64,000 nucleotides of DNA. Origin: Marine Group II euryarchaeote MED-G34. GTDB lineage: Archaea; Thermoplasmatota; Poseidoniia; Poseidoniales; Thalassarchaeaceae. The translations under genes and the position numbers were made by a program. The notes beneath the pieces are model-generated. The model did no database searches. It was not told the origin of the DNA and saw only the letters and a program-made list of their open reading frames with translations. This document shows positions 9,550 to 18,580 of this stretch, in pieces; the first letter of the stretch is position 1; each line of letters begins with the position of its first letter. Location of the stretch: contig NTJT01000001.1 of assembly GCA_002457605.1 (NCBI GenBank), positions 15,269 through 79,268 on the forward strand. The letters are read 5' to 3'.

Positions 9550-10122
9550 ATGCAGTTAGGCGGCCCCGACGAGTCTGACGAGGACGAACCTAGTCCGTAT
9601 GAATCCGAGACTCATATCAGGGTCCTAGATATGCAGGACAGACGTCCCATGGGGCATGAGATACACGGCATCACAGAACCATCGATGCATCTGATCCGCG
9701 CTCGAGTGAATGATTCTGTGGAGCTATCTAAAGGCTCGAGGATGGCAGCTGACTCGGAATCAATCGGACCTCTCTCTGAAATCAGACACCGAGACCTCTC
9801 TCCAGCAGCTATCGGTGAACTGACAGAGGCCCTGTTGGCAACAATCTCCGAGACCCCCGAGAAGCACTTGGGTTTCTACAACAGCGCCGGGCCGATGTCA
9901 CTGAAGTACCACGCCTTCCAACTGCTTCCAGGTATAGGGAATTCAAAGGCACTGCAGATGGTCCAACTACGGGGAATCGCCGGTTGGAACGACTTTGCAG
10001 CGGTCGATGAGGCCTGTGGAATCGAATCTGCTAGACTGCTAGCGGAGCGCTATGTCAAGGAGATGGAGGACGATGCCCAGACCCCTAGATTGCTCGACAT
10101 CCTAGTTCGCTCCGAGATTTGA
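9550..10122 (+). CDS. DUF655-family OB-fold/HhH RNA-binding protein
   Basis: DUF655 pattern (SPYESETHIRVLDMQ...; HhH: HAFQLLPGIGNSKALQMVQLRG) in the conserved archaeal L21e-RpoF-DUF655-KsgA arrangement. The ORF-track start at 9478 adds 24 non-conserved residues. M25 at 9550 fits the family N-terminus. Confidence 0.7.
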   Translation: MQLGGPDESDEDEPSPYESETHIRVLDMQDRRPMGHEIHGITEPSMHLIRARVNDSVELSKGSRMAADSESIGPLSEIRHRDLSPAAIGELTEALLATISETPEKHLGFYNSAGPMSLKYHAFQLLPGIGNSKALQMVQLRGIAGWNDFAAVDEACGIESARLLAERYVKEMEDDAQTPRLLDILVRSEI

Positions 10123-10135
10123 CCGGGGCGGGACC

Positions 10136-11026
10136 ATGGACGACTTGGACACACGGCTCCTAGTAGACTTGCTTAGAGATCGAATTAGACCTAGCAAGGA
10201 ATTAGGCCAGCACTTCCTTATCGATGACTCGGTCATCTCCAGATCGGTTTCACTCGCTTCATCTAAGGCCCTGCTGGGAGAAGATTCACACGTCATTGAG
10301 ATTGGCCCCGGACCTGGTTCACTGACACTGGCTCTACTGAGGGCCGGAACCTCGGTGACTGCCTTTGAGATCGACGAGGAGGCGGTCTCCCATCTGCAAC
10401 GTGTTTTCGGAGATGCTGATGGGCGCCTCGAAGTGCTTCATGCTGATGCCTTGGATATTGACTGGCCTGTGGATGCGACTCACGTAGTAGCGAACCTGCC
10501 GTATCAGATATCCAGTCCCGCGATAGAGCGAATCCAGAGACATCACGCCGCCCATTCTCTCGCATCTATAGTGCTTCTAGTGCAGAACGAGTTCGCCGAG
10601 AGGATGACCATTGGCAGGGATGCTTCAGCCCTCAGCCCATTGGCCCTGTCTCTTTGGCTGGATTTCGATGTTGAACTGGATGTCAAAGTGTCCCCTCATT
10701 CTTTCAGTCCCTCTCCCCGTGTGACTTCGCGCCTAGTTTCTCTGAAGCCCGTAGATAGGGCTGAGGGAGTAGATCGTAGGATGTTCCGAATCGTCACCCA
10801 GCACTGCTTCGCCAACAGGCGACGTAAGATGCGTACTCTACTATCTAGGCCACCCAGCCGTTTGAGTCGCATCCGAGGCTGGCACAAGAAGCGCTGGGAA
10901 GAGGCTGTCAAGAGCATCGAACATTCGACCCCTGAAGCTCTTCCTGAGGGGTGGATAGAACTCAGACCTGAGAATCTGCAGACTTCCCACTGGGTTGCAA
11001 TCGTAGAGGCAATTTCGTCTGAATGA
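10136..11026 (+). CDS. ksgA: 16S rRNA (adenine1518/1519-N6)-dimethyltransferase KsgA/Dim1
   Basis: LGQHFLID motif, SAM-binding EIGPGPGSLT and VANLPYQISSP motif. Confidence 0.9.
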   Translation: MDDLDTRLLVDLLRDRIRPSKELGQHFLIDDSVISRSVSLASSKALLGEDSHVIEIGPGPGSLTLALLRAGTSVTAFEIDEEAVSHLQRVFGDADGRLEVLHADALDIDWPVDATHVVANLPYQISSPAIERIQRHHAAHSLASIVLLVQNEFAERMTIGRDASALSPLALSLWLDFDVELDVKVSPHSFSPSPRVTSRLVSLKPVDRAEGVDRRMFRIVTQHCFANRRRKMRTLLSRPPSRLSRIRGWHKKRWEEAVKSIEHSTPEALPEGWIELRPENLQTSHWVAIVEAISSE

Positions 11027-11127
11027 GCCGATATGAGAGGGTTTTGACAGCGCCTTGATAGAGGGCCCACGGTTCCGCAGGTCAGGGCAGCGGGTCACGC
11101 GACGGGCCCAGACTGGGATGAATACTC

Positions 11128-12222
11128 ATGGCAAAGAAGGACACCTATCTTGCGCTGCTCAGACGCGGCATAGACGAGAACACTGCACACATCCTCTCCG
11201 ATAGCGGGGTTAAGGTGGGTGATCTGAAGAAGTTCGACGTCACCACTCTAATCAACAACTACGGACTCAAGAAGAAAGTCGCTGAATCCGTCCTCGATGC
11301 TGTGCGCTCGGGCCCCCGCGACTCCAGTAAGCAGAGATTCCTAGCCGATGTATTGTCCGACCGAGGGGGTAAGAAGAAGGTCGACAAGATAGAGGAACAA
11401 CGCTTCAAGCGAGAGCAGAAGGATCTACACGCTGAACTTCTAGAGAAGAAAGAACAACTCAGGATGGCAAGGGTCGAGGCATTTCGCAACAAGAAGTTGG
11501 TGATGAATAGGCTCGGCAAGACCATCGAACTGATTGTCAAGCTGGAGAACACCTTCGACGACGAGTCCAAGGACGAGCAACGCTCCAAATTACGTGACCA
11601 ACTAGAGACCAGAGGGCTAGAGGCAGCGAGAGATCACGAGATGCTCGAACTGGTCGGTACTCCGCAGGATATCGTCGACTTCCGCAGGAAAATAGTACCA
11701 AAGATATGCCTCCACGCATGTCCTTCCTGTGGTGAGGAAATCGACCCACTGGGAAGTAATGTGGTCGAAGATATGACAGATTATTCGCTTGTCTGCTGGG
11801 AGTGTGAGGAGGAGTTCAGAGCCCCAATGGCCCAAATCGTCGAAGATCGCTTGGCCAACGGCTCAAGAATCAAGATAGACACGAAGAAGAAACCACGTCT
11901 GCCAGTATCCCGGCAACCGAAGAAGAAGAAAATCACCTCAGTCTCTGAACAAATGATACGTGATCTTGAATCCACTGGTGCCTCGGCTGAAGAACTTGAG
12001 GCGGCGGTAGAGTCAAGCAAACTCTCTGGAGTGCTGATGAGCATAGATGACTGGATTGATCAAACCATAGCGGCGAAGGGTTACATCCAGGCTCAGGAGC
12101 ACCGTGAGGAATTCATCATAGCAACCGGCGCGGGTGCCACGAAATTCAACAAGTGGATGAAAAAGGCTGGATTGGTCTTCAACAAGCAGACAGGAAGATG
12201 GACCCGCTGGGAAGACCGCTGA
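11128..12222 (+). CDS. Uncharacterized protein with an N-terminal HhH-like domain, a coiled coil, an internal Cys4 zinc ribbon and a conserved basic C-terminal domain
   Basis: N-terminus resembles RadA/NusA-type HhH (GIDENTAHILSDSGVKVGDLKKFDVTTLINNYGLKKKVAESVLDAVR). Heptad-rich segment, then CPSCGEEID...CWECEEEF. No confident family assignment. Confidence 0.5.
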   Translation: MAKKDTYLALLRRGIDENTAHILSDSGVKVGDLKKFDVTTLINNYGLKKKVAESVLDAVRSGPRDSSKQRFLADVLSDRGGKKKVDKIEEQRFKREQKDLHAELLEKKEQLRMARVEAFRNKKLVMNRLGKTIELIVKLENTFDDESKDEQRSKLRDQLETRGLEAARDHEMLELVGTPQDIVDFRRKIVPKICLHACPSCGEEIDPLGSNVVEDMTDYSLVCWECEEEFRAPMAQIVEDRLANGSRIKIDTKKKPRLPVSRQPKKKKITSVSEQMIRDLESTGASAEELEAAVESSKLSGVLMSIDDWIDQTIAAKGYIQAQEHREEFIIATGAGATKFNKWMKKAGLVFNKQTGRWTRWEDR

Positions 12223-12231
12223 GGCAGGTCC

Positions 12232-12531
12232 ATGTCCGAAGAGACTCCGGTTATCCGGTTCTTCCGTGGCTCAAAGCCTATGGGATCTGCCAGAGTGGTT
12301 CCGGATGCCCCAATTGTAGAGATTGCTGAGTTGGCAGGAGTAGAAATTCCCACCAACTGCACCTCAGGTAACTGTGGGACCTGTCTCGTAAGACTGATCA
12401 GCGGTCAAGTGGACCTACCTGATGAGCTTCCACCTGGACTTGATGAAGATCTGGTGGCTGCTGGTGGCACGCTCACATGCTGTATCTACCCGATAGGCTC
12501 GTGCGATATCGATTTGATACCCCCACTATAG
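12232..12531 (+). CDS. [2Fe-2S] ferredoxin (plant/adrenodoxin-like fold)
   Basis: CTSGNCGTC...C cysteine pattern with the beta-grasp ferredoxin layout, 99 aa. Confidence 0.7.
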   Translation: MSEETPVIRFFRGSKPMGSARVVPDAPIVEIAELAGVEIPTNCTSGNCGTCLVRLISGQVDLPDELPPGLDEDLVAAGGTLTCCIYPIGSCDIDLIPPL

Positions 12532-12539
12532 GTGCTTGA

Positions 12540-12707
12540 ATGGTAGATTGGACGGATACCGAGTTTCTCGCCGTGCTGATATTCGATATCGCTGCAATCG
12601 TAATCGCGGTCTGGTGGATTTCAGGACGTTTCACCTCGAAGATGCGCGAAGTCGAGGAGAGGATGTCGAGGAAGGACTCAGAAACGGTCGTTGAATCAGA
12701 GGAATGA
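12540..12707 (+). CDS. Possible 55-aa single-TM small protein
   Basis: An ATG..TGA ORF (MVDWTDTEFLAVLIFDIAAIVIAVWWISGRF...) too short for the 60-aa ORF track. It has one hydrophobic helix and GC-rich codon usage matching its neighbours. Confidence 0.3.
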   Translation: MVDWTDTEFLAVLIFDIAAIVIAVWWISGRFTSKMREVEERMSRKDSETVVESEE

Positions 12708-12708
12708 G

Positions 12709-12743
12709 ATATTATTAATAATTATTAATAATTTTAATTGAAA
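12709..12743. repeat. AT-rich island between convergent genes. It contains two perfect tandem copies of the self-complementary 10-mer TTATTAATAA (12712-12721, 12722-12731) and is a candidate bidirectional terminator or protein-binding site.
   Basis: Read directly from the sequence. About 35 nt at over 90% A+T in a ~56% GC genome, lying between the 3' ends of the 12540 and 12744 genes. Confidence 0.5.
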
Positions 12744-13037
12744 TTATTCGTTCACTGCAGCAGTCCATCGTTCTGCATGGGGTATTCCTACCACTTCGAC
12801 ATGACATCCAAGCACTCCTTTCTGGGATGATATCTCATTCCTGAGATTAATCAAGTCATCGAGGCAACATGGACAGTGTGGATGAGGAGGTTTCACCCAT
12901 AATTCCACTATTCCGGAATCGTCAACCTCCACTCCCCTCAGAATTGAATCGTCTGTAATCGGTTTTCCGTGCGGTTCGTTACGATCCTGCAGTACTCTTG
13001 CAAGCCTCATCTGTGCTTTCCGTTTGGCCCTGCTCAT
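12744..13037 (-). CDS. Small Cys-rich protein (HCPCC motif), possibly DUF59/MIP18-like Fe-S assembly related
   Basis: The layout D..I...L..V.V.DSGIVELWV...HCPCC..L.....EI......V.V....IP...W loosely resembles DUF59. It has a basic N-terminus, and the family call is weak. Confidence 0.35.
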   Translation of the reverse strand: MSRAKRKAQMRLARVLQDRNEPHGKPITDDSILRGVEVDDSGIVELWVKPPHPHCPCCLDDLINLRNEISSQKGVLGCHVEVVGIPHAERWTAAVNE

Positions 13038-13038
13038 G

Positions 13039-14220
13039 CTACCACTCCGTCAGCAGTGGGAATGACTCACCCATGGTTAGACACTCCATCCCATCTGCAC
13101 CGCGCACCCATGTGTCCTCGACCCCAATTGCTCCTTCGGAATAGATTACTTTAGGCTCGATGGCCATAGTACCACCCTTTTGTAGGGGCTGGTCGAAACC
13201 TCTTGCTACCACTGGTGTCTCATCTAGTTCAAGGCCGACAGAATGGCCAAGGAATCTAGCCTGATCAGGAGGCATCCCCATTAGGTGACCTACATGACCC
13301 ATTTCCGTTACCATTGCACTCCCTTCGTCCCAGACAGTCGAGCAGTCTACGCCTTTTCCAAGACTGTCTTTGATGAAGCTAGCGACTTCTTCCATGTCAT
13401 TGAGTTTCTGTTTCCACTCGTCGGAGAGCCGGCCGGCGCTGAACATTCGAGTGCAGTCCGAGACGTAGCCACGGTGGACGTGGACAATGTCCACGAGCAC
13501 TGGCTCACCCTCGACTACTCTGGCAAAGCCCGCACCCAGAGAGGCTATTGGACTGGCTCCAAGTCCAGCTACTCCCGAGTCGAAGTATGAGGGCACCGCA
13601 CCAGAACGACCGGCGGCAATAACCACCCTATCGCAGTCCATCGGCCAAGTCCTCATTCTGATGCGTCCACCAAATCCCGCAGCCCTACTCACCTCATCGG
13701 CAGCCCCAGCCATCTCGATTTCGGTCTGTCCGATGCCCCCTTGATCACGAATCACATCGAACATCATCCGATTAATCCGACCACTCTCGCGGTGCATCTC
13801 AAGCTCCCATTCTGACTTGGTCTCTCTGAGTGAGTACAATATGCCCGTACAGTCCTCGCTTTCGCCACCTAAGCCATCTATTTTCGATGAAAGGAAAGAC
13901 CACCTAGATTTCGGTACCTTGGCGGCCAACATCCCCGGGGTTCGAGTACACCCTGCTTCACTGAGAGAAACCTCGAATTCGCCCATTCCAGGTCTGGCTG
14001 TTATGGAGTGGGGCGAATCACTGCCCCCAGATTCGTGGCGAGCCCGCTGCAGAGAGCGCCTGACCCATTGGGTGTTTGATACCTCAGATCCTTCTGCGCC
14101 GACCAGCAGCAGTGAGTTCTGCCGACCTCCAGTCAGCCAGTAGAGTTCGACTGGGTCGTCGATTAGCACGGATTCATGGCCAGCTCGGGCAAGCGCCTCA
14201 GAAAGTCTAGATTGCCTCAT
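13039..14220 (-). CDS. M24-family metallopeptidase (Xaa-Pro aminopeptidase/prolidase-like)
   Basis: Creatinase-like N-terminal domain (MRQSRLSEALARAGHESVLIDDPVELYWLTG) plus the pita-bread metal-ligand region (HRGYVSDCTRMFSAGR ... HSVGLELDE ... GGTMAIEPKVIY). The ORF extends to 14601 but would overlap pgk, so the start was taken at ATG 14220. Confidence 0.8.
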   Translation of the reverse strand: MRQSRLSEALARAGHESVLIDDPVELYWLTGGRQNSLLLVGAEGSEVSNTQWVRRSLQRARHESGGSDSPHSITARPGMGEFEVSLSEAGCTRTPGMLAAKVPKSRWSFLSSKIDGLGGESEDCTGILYSLRETKSEWELEMHRESGRINRMMFDVIRDQGGIGQTEIEMAGAADEVSRAAGFGGRIRMRTWPMDCDRVVIAAGRSGAVPSYFDSGVAGLGASPIASLGAGFARVVEGEPVLVDIVHVHRGYVSDCTRMFSAGRLSDEWKQKLNDMEEVASFIKDSLGKGVDCSTVWDEGSAMVTEMGHVGHLMGMPPDQARFLGHSVGLELDETPVVARGFDQPLQKGGTMAIEPKVIYSEGAIGVEDTWVRGADGMECLTMGESFPLLTEW

Positions 14221-14359
14221 TTCTAACTCTGATACGGGAACCCTCCAGTCCTCGCCGTCCGGGCCTGAAATGCGCTCGGCATCCCAACTCATGCTAACGC
14301 TTCTAGAGCCACCCACGAAAGGTATTGTGGGAACACACAGAGTGTGTTCTGCACCCACA

Positions 14360-15664
14360 ATGGCCATAGAGGGGCCGCTGGTGCCGCCAAACGTGACTAC
14401 CGTCCTGTCGCTGGACGACGTCCGCCTTGCGGGACGGACCGTGCTATACAGAACCGACGTTAATTCTCCTCTCCATCCGTCGACTGGCGCATTCCTTGAT
14501 GACAGCAGGCTACGCTCGATACTCGAGACCCTCAGGGACCTGTCTGATGCACAGGTCGTCATCATGGGACACCAGTCGAGACCAGGCAAGGAAGACTTCA
14601 CCGATATGTCGGGCCACTGTGACCGACTGTCCCGTCTACTCGGACAACCAATTCAATTCGTCTCCGACATCTGTGGAGACGAGGCTCTAATGGCCATCGA
14701 GGCGCTTCAGCCCGGGGAGAAAATATTCCTAGACAACGTTAGGATGCACCCTGAGGAGTACGGTCCCGAGAAGGTAAGTGAGGATGAGGAGCATGACTCT
14801 GAGATTGTCACTAAACTTTCCGCTATGGCCGATGTCTACGTTACTGATGCCTTCGGAGCATCACACCGCAATTCTCCAACTCTGACCGGATTTGCTGAGG
14901 AGATGCCTTGCATCGCAGGTCGGCTGATGAACAATGAGATCAGGTCACTGAGTCTTGCTGTTAATGACCCCCCGAGGCCATATGTAGCAATTCTTGGTGG
15001 TGCGAAGTGCGACGACTCACTAAGAGTCGCACTCAATCTAATCGGCCGTGAAGTAGTCGACACCATTGTCATGGTAGGAGTAGTTGGAAACATGATGCTG
15101 TGGGCAAGTGGGCATGACATCGGAAGTAGCAACAAGGAGTTCATTCGTAGTACTATGGGGGACGAATTCGAGAAGACATGGAAGATGGCCGAAAGACTGG
15201 TCACAGACCACTCGGAACTACTATTCTTGCCTCGTGACCTCGCCGTTGAGGTGGACGGCCAACGTCAGCCGTTGGAACTCAGAGCGCTACCGACACAACA
15301 CCCCATCTATGACATCGGCTTCCAGACATTGATGGACATGCGACCTCTCATCACGGGCGCCGGCTGTGTGCTTTGGAATGGTCCAGCCTCATACTTTGAG
15401 CTGCCCGAGTTCGCCTTCGGAACCATCGAGATTCTCAACATGTGCGCAGAGGCTACTGGGGTGTCTATCGTCGGTGGCGGACACACTAGTGCGTTGGTGA
15501 ATCAGCGTGGAATGTCCGGAGAGGTCAGCCACAACAGCACTGGGGGTGGCTCGGCACTGGGAATGCTCTCAGGCGATCCAATGCCCGTTATTGACGCACT
15601 CACGCGTTCAAACGACAAGTTCAGACCACTGCTCGCTGCATTGGGCCTTGAACCGGCGGAATGA
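14360..15664 (+). CDS. pgk: Phosphoglycerate kinase
   Basis: PGK N-terminal motif (LDDVRLAGRTVLYRTDVNSPL) and C-terminal nucleotide-binding region (VLWNGPASYFELPEFAFGT...GGGHTSAL). The start is ambiguous, with ATG at 14360 or GTG at 14393. The stop codon overlaps the 3' end of tRNA-Thr. Confidence 0.85.
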   Translation: MAIEGPLVPPNVTTVLSLDDVRLAGRTVLYRTDVNSPLHPSTGAFLDDSRLRSILETLRDLSDAQVVIMGHQSRPGKEDFTDMSGHCDRLSRLLGQPIQFVSDICGDEALMAIEALQPGEKIFLDNVRMHPEEYGPEKVSEDEEHDSEIVTKLSAMADVYVTDAFGASHRNSPTLTGFAEEMPCIAGRLMNNEIRSLSLAVNDPPRPYVAILGGAKCDDSLRVALNLIGREVVDTIVMVGVVGNMMLWASGHDIGSSNKEFIRSTMGDEFEKTWKMAERLVTDHSELLFLPRDLAVEVDGQRQPLELRALPTQHPIYDIGFQTLMDMRPLITGAGCVLWNGPASYFELPEFAFGTIEILNMCAEATGVSIVGGGHTSALVNQRGMSGEVSHNSTGGGSALGMLSGDPMPVIDALTRSNDKFRPLLAALGLEPAE

Positions 15665-15736
15665 GCCACTGGGGGGACTTGAACTCCCGACCTCCTGATT
15701 ACGAATCAGGTGCTCTACCAACTAAGCTACAGTGGC
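15664..15736 (-). tRNA. tRNA-Thr (anticodon CGU), 73 nt, CCA not encoded
   Basis: Manual fold of the reverse complement: GCCACTG/CAGTGGC acceptor stem, GCTT/GAGC D stem, CCTGA/TCAGG anticodon stem with loop TTCGTAA (anticodon CGT), and T arm GGGAG-TTCAAGT-CCCCC with one A-C mismatch. Discriminator U. Confidence 0.75.
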
Positions 15737-15818
15737 GTCAGCGCGGCCACCTTAGACACTCGGATAAGAGAATCGGTGCCGTAGGCAACGCTAAGGTCCC
15801 ACTGATTTACACACCTGC

Positions 15819-16385
15819 ATGGAAGAGACTGACGAGGGCGCAGCCCCCGAAGAAACGACACTATCAGGAACACCGAATGCCGCCCCCGCTGGCGATGATG
15901 GTGGAGCGTATGGCCAACCCGCTGTGATGGTTGGCCCGAAGAGCTCCCTGCCCAAGATTATGGGAATTCTCATGATGATTTACGGAGTCCTAGTGGGACT
16001 GATGGGAGTTCTCGCATTAGCCGCCACTGGAGATTCGATTTCTGAGTACGAAAATATTGGTATCGAGGTCAACTCGATTTTCATGTGGGTCCAAGCGGGT
16101 GTAGGAGCTGTAGTTCCTTTCGTGATTGCATATGCCGGAAACCAGGTCCGCAACTACCAGAGGAGCGGTGTCATGATGGGACTCTACGCAATTGGGGCCC
16201 AACTCGCTGTGTCACTGATTGGGACCGTTCTGTTCGCCGATGCCATGGCAGAGATGGCCGGAGACAGCGCTCTCGGGGCAGCCGCGGGAGGCATTGGAGC
16301 ATTCTTCCAAGTCTTCTGTGCTGGTTTATGCGGCCTTTTGGTGGCTCTACCAATACTAGCCTCTGCCGACTCTTTGGAAGATTAG
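15819..16385 (+). CDS. Hypothetical polytopic membrane protein with an acidic N-terminal tail and four predicted TM helices
   Basis: Hydrophobic helices (IMGILMMIYGVLVGLMGVLALAA etc.). No recognised family. Confidence 0.45.
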   Translation: MEETDEGAAPEETTLSGTPNAAPAGDDGGAYGQPAVMVGPKSSLPKIMGILMMIYGVLVGLMGVLALAATGDSISEYENIGIEVNSIFMWVQAGVGAVVPFVIAYAGNQVRNYQRSGVMMGLYAIGAQLAVSLIGTVLFADAMAEMAGDSALGAAAGGIGAFFQVFCAGLCGLLVALPILASADSLED

Positions 16386-17767
16386 CGCAGCGCGCTGAGA
16401 TCCGCCATGTGCCCGATGCGGGCGTTGACATCCGCGAGGATACTCTCCAGCGCAGCATCGGTCCTGCCCTCCGCGCGCATCACTAGGATGGCTTCGGTGT
16501 TGCTCGGTCGGCACAGGTACCAACCGTCGTCGTAACGCACCCTGATGCCATCCACCGTGGAGCACTCCATGTCCGAGAAGGCTTCCTGCACGGCTGTCAT
16601 GACTTCTTCTCGCTCACCAGGTAGTGGGACTTTAGCCTCCCCTGTTGAAGGGTAGTCTGGCAGGAATGAGAAGCGCTCTGAGAAGGATGGACCACCATCT
16701 GAAGGAGAAGGGTCGCGTCCGATTATCTCAAGCAGGCGCGCGGAATTGTAGAGTGAGTCGTCAAAGCCCGGCCAGCGGTCATGCAGGAAGAAGTGTCCTG
16801 ACATCTCACCTGCCATCGGGGATTGGGGGTTGTCCCGCAATTCTCGTTTCATGAACGAGTGACCGGTTCTCACCATTTTCGGCACACCACCAACAGAGGC
16901 GATTGCCTCTTCTAGTGCCATACTGCACTTGACATCGAAGTACACTGTTCTCTCGGCCTCCGTGGCATCCTCTGGCAGGTTGGACAGGATGTCTGAGGCG
17001 AATATTGCCATCAGTCTGTCCGGGTGGATGAAACGTCCGGCTTCGTCGACCACGCCAATTCTATCTCCATCCCCATCCATCCCAATACCGAACTCGGCTC
17101 CGTGTTCAATCACCGCAGCTGCTAGATCGGCCATGTTGCCCTCGCGAGTCGGATCCGGTGGGTGGTTAGGGAAGCTGTTGTCCCACTCGCAGTACAGCGG
17201 AATCGCATCGATTCCTAGAGCATCCATGAGTCTCACCGCCAGAGGTCCTGGGACAGCGTTGCCACAGTCCACCACGATACGAATCGACCTAGCAGGCCTG
17301 CCAGCATTCTCAACTATCGTGCGAATGTAGTGGTCCTCAAAGCCACCTACCTCGACGTGAGTGCCCTCGCCCTCGCGGAATTTACCCGACTCAAAGGCCA
17401 CTCGTAATTCCTGCAGTTCACCTCCGGCCACTGGAAGTTTGCCGTGGCAGATTTTGAATCCGTTGTATTCGGGTGGGTTATGACTCGCTGTGATGGCCAC
17501 AGCGGCTTGCACAGGGAGGTCGACCGTGGCACGGTACAGTACTCCAGTAGTAGTCACACCCAAATCGAGGACATCCGCGCCGGTGCTGACAATCCCCTCC
17601 ACGAAGGCAGCATGGAGGCTGGGCCCGGAATCTCTGATGTCTCTCGCGATAGCAACAGAGGAAGCGTCGAGGTGAGTTGCAACGGCTTTTCCTAGAGTTT
17701 TTGCGAATTCGGGTGTCAACTCGCTGTCCGCGATGCCCCTGATGTCGTACGCCTTGAACACACTCAC
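16382..17767 (-). CDS. Phosphomannomutase/phosphoglucomutase (alpha-D-phosphohexomutase family)
   Basis: The active-site serine loop TASHNPPEYNGFK, the metal-binding DGDGDR loop and the sugar-binding GEMSGH motif are all present. GTG start. Confidence 0.85.
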   Translation of the reverse strand: MSVFKAYDIRGIADSELTPEFAKTLGKAVATHLDASSVAIARDIRDSGPSLHAAFVEGIVSTGADVLDLGVTTTGVLYRATVDLPVQAAVAITASHNPPEYNGFKICHGKLPVAGGELQELRVAFESGKFREGEGTHVEVGGFEDHYIRTIVENAGRPARSIRIVVDCGNAVPGPLAVRLMDALGIDAIPLYCEWDNSFPNHPPDPTREGNMADLAAAVIEHGAEFGIGMDGDGDRIGVVDEAGRFIHPDRLMAIFASDILSNLPEDATEAERTVYFDVKCSMALEEAIASVGGVPKMVRTGHSFMKRELRDNPQSPMAGEMSGHFFLHDRWPGFDDSLYNSARLLEIIGRDPSPSDGGPSFSERFSFLPDYPSTGEAKVPLPGEREEVMTAVQEAFSDMECSTVDGIRVRYDDGWYLCRPSNTEAILVMRAEGRTDAALESILADVNARIGHMADLSALR

Positions 17768-17819
17768 GGCCCGGGCCAGATGCAGACACTCCTAAGCGTT
17801 CCCGATTCGGGACAGCCAC

Positions 17820-18176
17820 TCAATCAGCGTACTTATCGGCTCCTTGGAAGTGCAGTGAGACATATTTCTCGTCGCCGACGACCCAACTGTCGTGAGGCTC
17901 CGGGCCGATGTAGAACAGATCACCCGGACCTAGGGTGTATACCTCACCGTCCTTGAAAGCGCAAGTCGCATGACCTTCTAGCACCATCCCGAGGTGCTCG
18001 ACCTCACAGAAATCCGTACCAGACAGTGGTGATACATCGACCGACCACTTCCAACCTGGCTCGTAAGTTGCCCGTCCTATGGTCATACCATCGAAATGAA
18101 CTACTTCGAACCTGCCCTTCTCAAACTCTCGCAACTCATCAGGCTCCTCAAAACGCTTCAGGATGATATCGTGCAT
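17820..18176 (-). CDS. Cupin-domain protein
   Basis: Small beta-barrel cupin pattern (G..W....S......E.EH.G.VLEG...C.F.DGE...L.PGD.F..GP.PH). ATG at 18176 overlaps the RidA stop (ATGA). The ORF-track TTG at 18191 was rejected. Confidence 0.6.
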   Translation of the reverse strand: MHDIILKRFEEPDELREFEKGRFEVVHFDGMTIGRATYEPGWKWSVDVSPLSGTDFCEVEHLGMVLEGHATCAFKDGEVYTLGPGDLFYIGPEPHDSWVVGDEKYVSLHFQGADKYAD

Positions 18177-18550
18177 CAGGCTCCTCCACAACCGCGAAAC
18201 GCTTCACAGACAATCTCAATCAGTGCGCCGCCAGGTAGGTCTGCAACTCCATAAGTTGCTCTGGCAGGAGGCATAGAGTCCCCGAGCCACTCGGAGTAGA
18301 TTTCGTTTACCGTAGAGAAGAAACCTATGTCGGCCAATAGTATAGTGACCTTGACGAGATCAGTCTTGGAGCTGCCCGCTGCAGCCAGCAGACCGTCCAC
18401 CTTGGCCAGAGTGCCGTGTGTCTGCGCTTCTATTCCGTCTACCGAGAAATCCACTTGTCCGGACAACCAGATGTGATCCTTCACGGTGATTCCCGGGCTA
18501 TATGGTCCGAAGACAGATTCACCAGTATCAATCTTCAACTTGCGAGTCAT
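18176..18550 (-). CDS. ridA: RidA/YjgF family reactive-intermediate deaminase
   Basis: YjgF signature (GPYSPGI......SGQ ... ARATYGVADLPGGALIEIVCEA). Confidence 0.85.
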   Translation of the reverse strand: MTRKLKIDTGESVFGPYSPGITVKDHIWLSGQVDFSVDGIEAQTHGTLAKVDGLLAAAGSSKTDLVKVTILLADIGFFSTVNEIYSEWLGDSMPPARATYGVADLPGGALIEIVCEAFRGCGGA

Positions 18551-18580
18551 ACCTCTCGCACAGGCTCTTTGGTGAAATGT

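Noticed and set aside
12744-13037. Calling the small CPCC protein a selenoprotein-like Rdx/SelW family member
   Set aside because: There is no in-frame TGA and the Cys motif position does not match the N-terminal CxxU/CxxC of the Rdx fold. It is left as a DUF59-like or unknown protein with low confidence.
14221-14601. N-terminal 127 aa of the 520-aa minus-strand ORF containing the M24 peptidase
   Set aside because: It would overlap pgk by more than 240 nt. The M24 family N-terminus begins at the internal Met (MRQSRLSEALARAG...).
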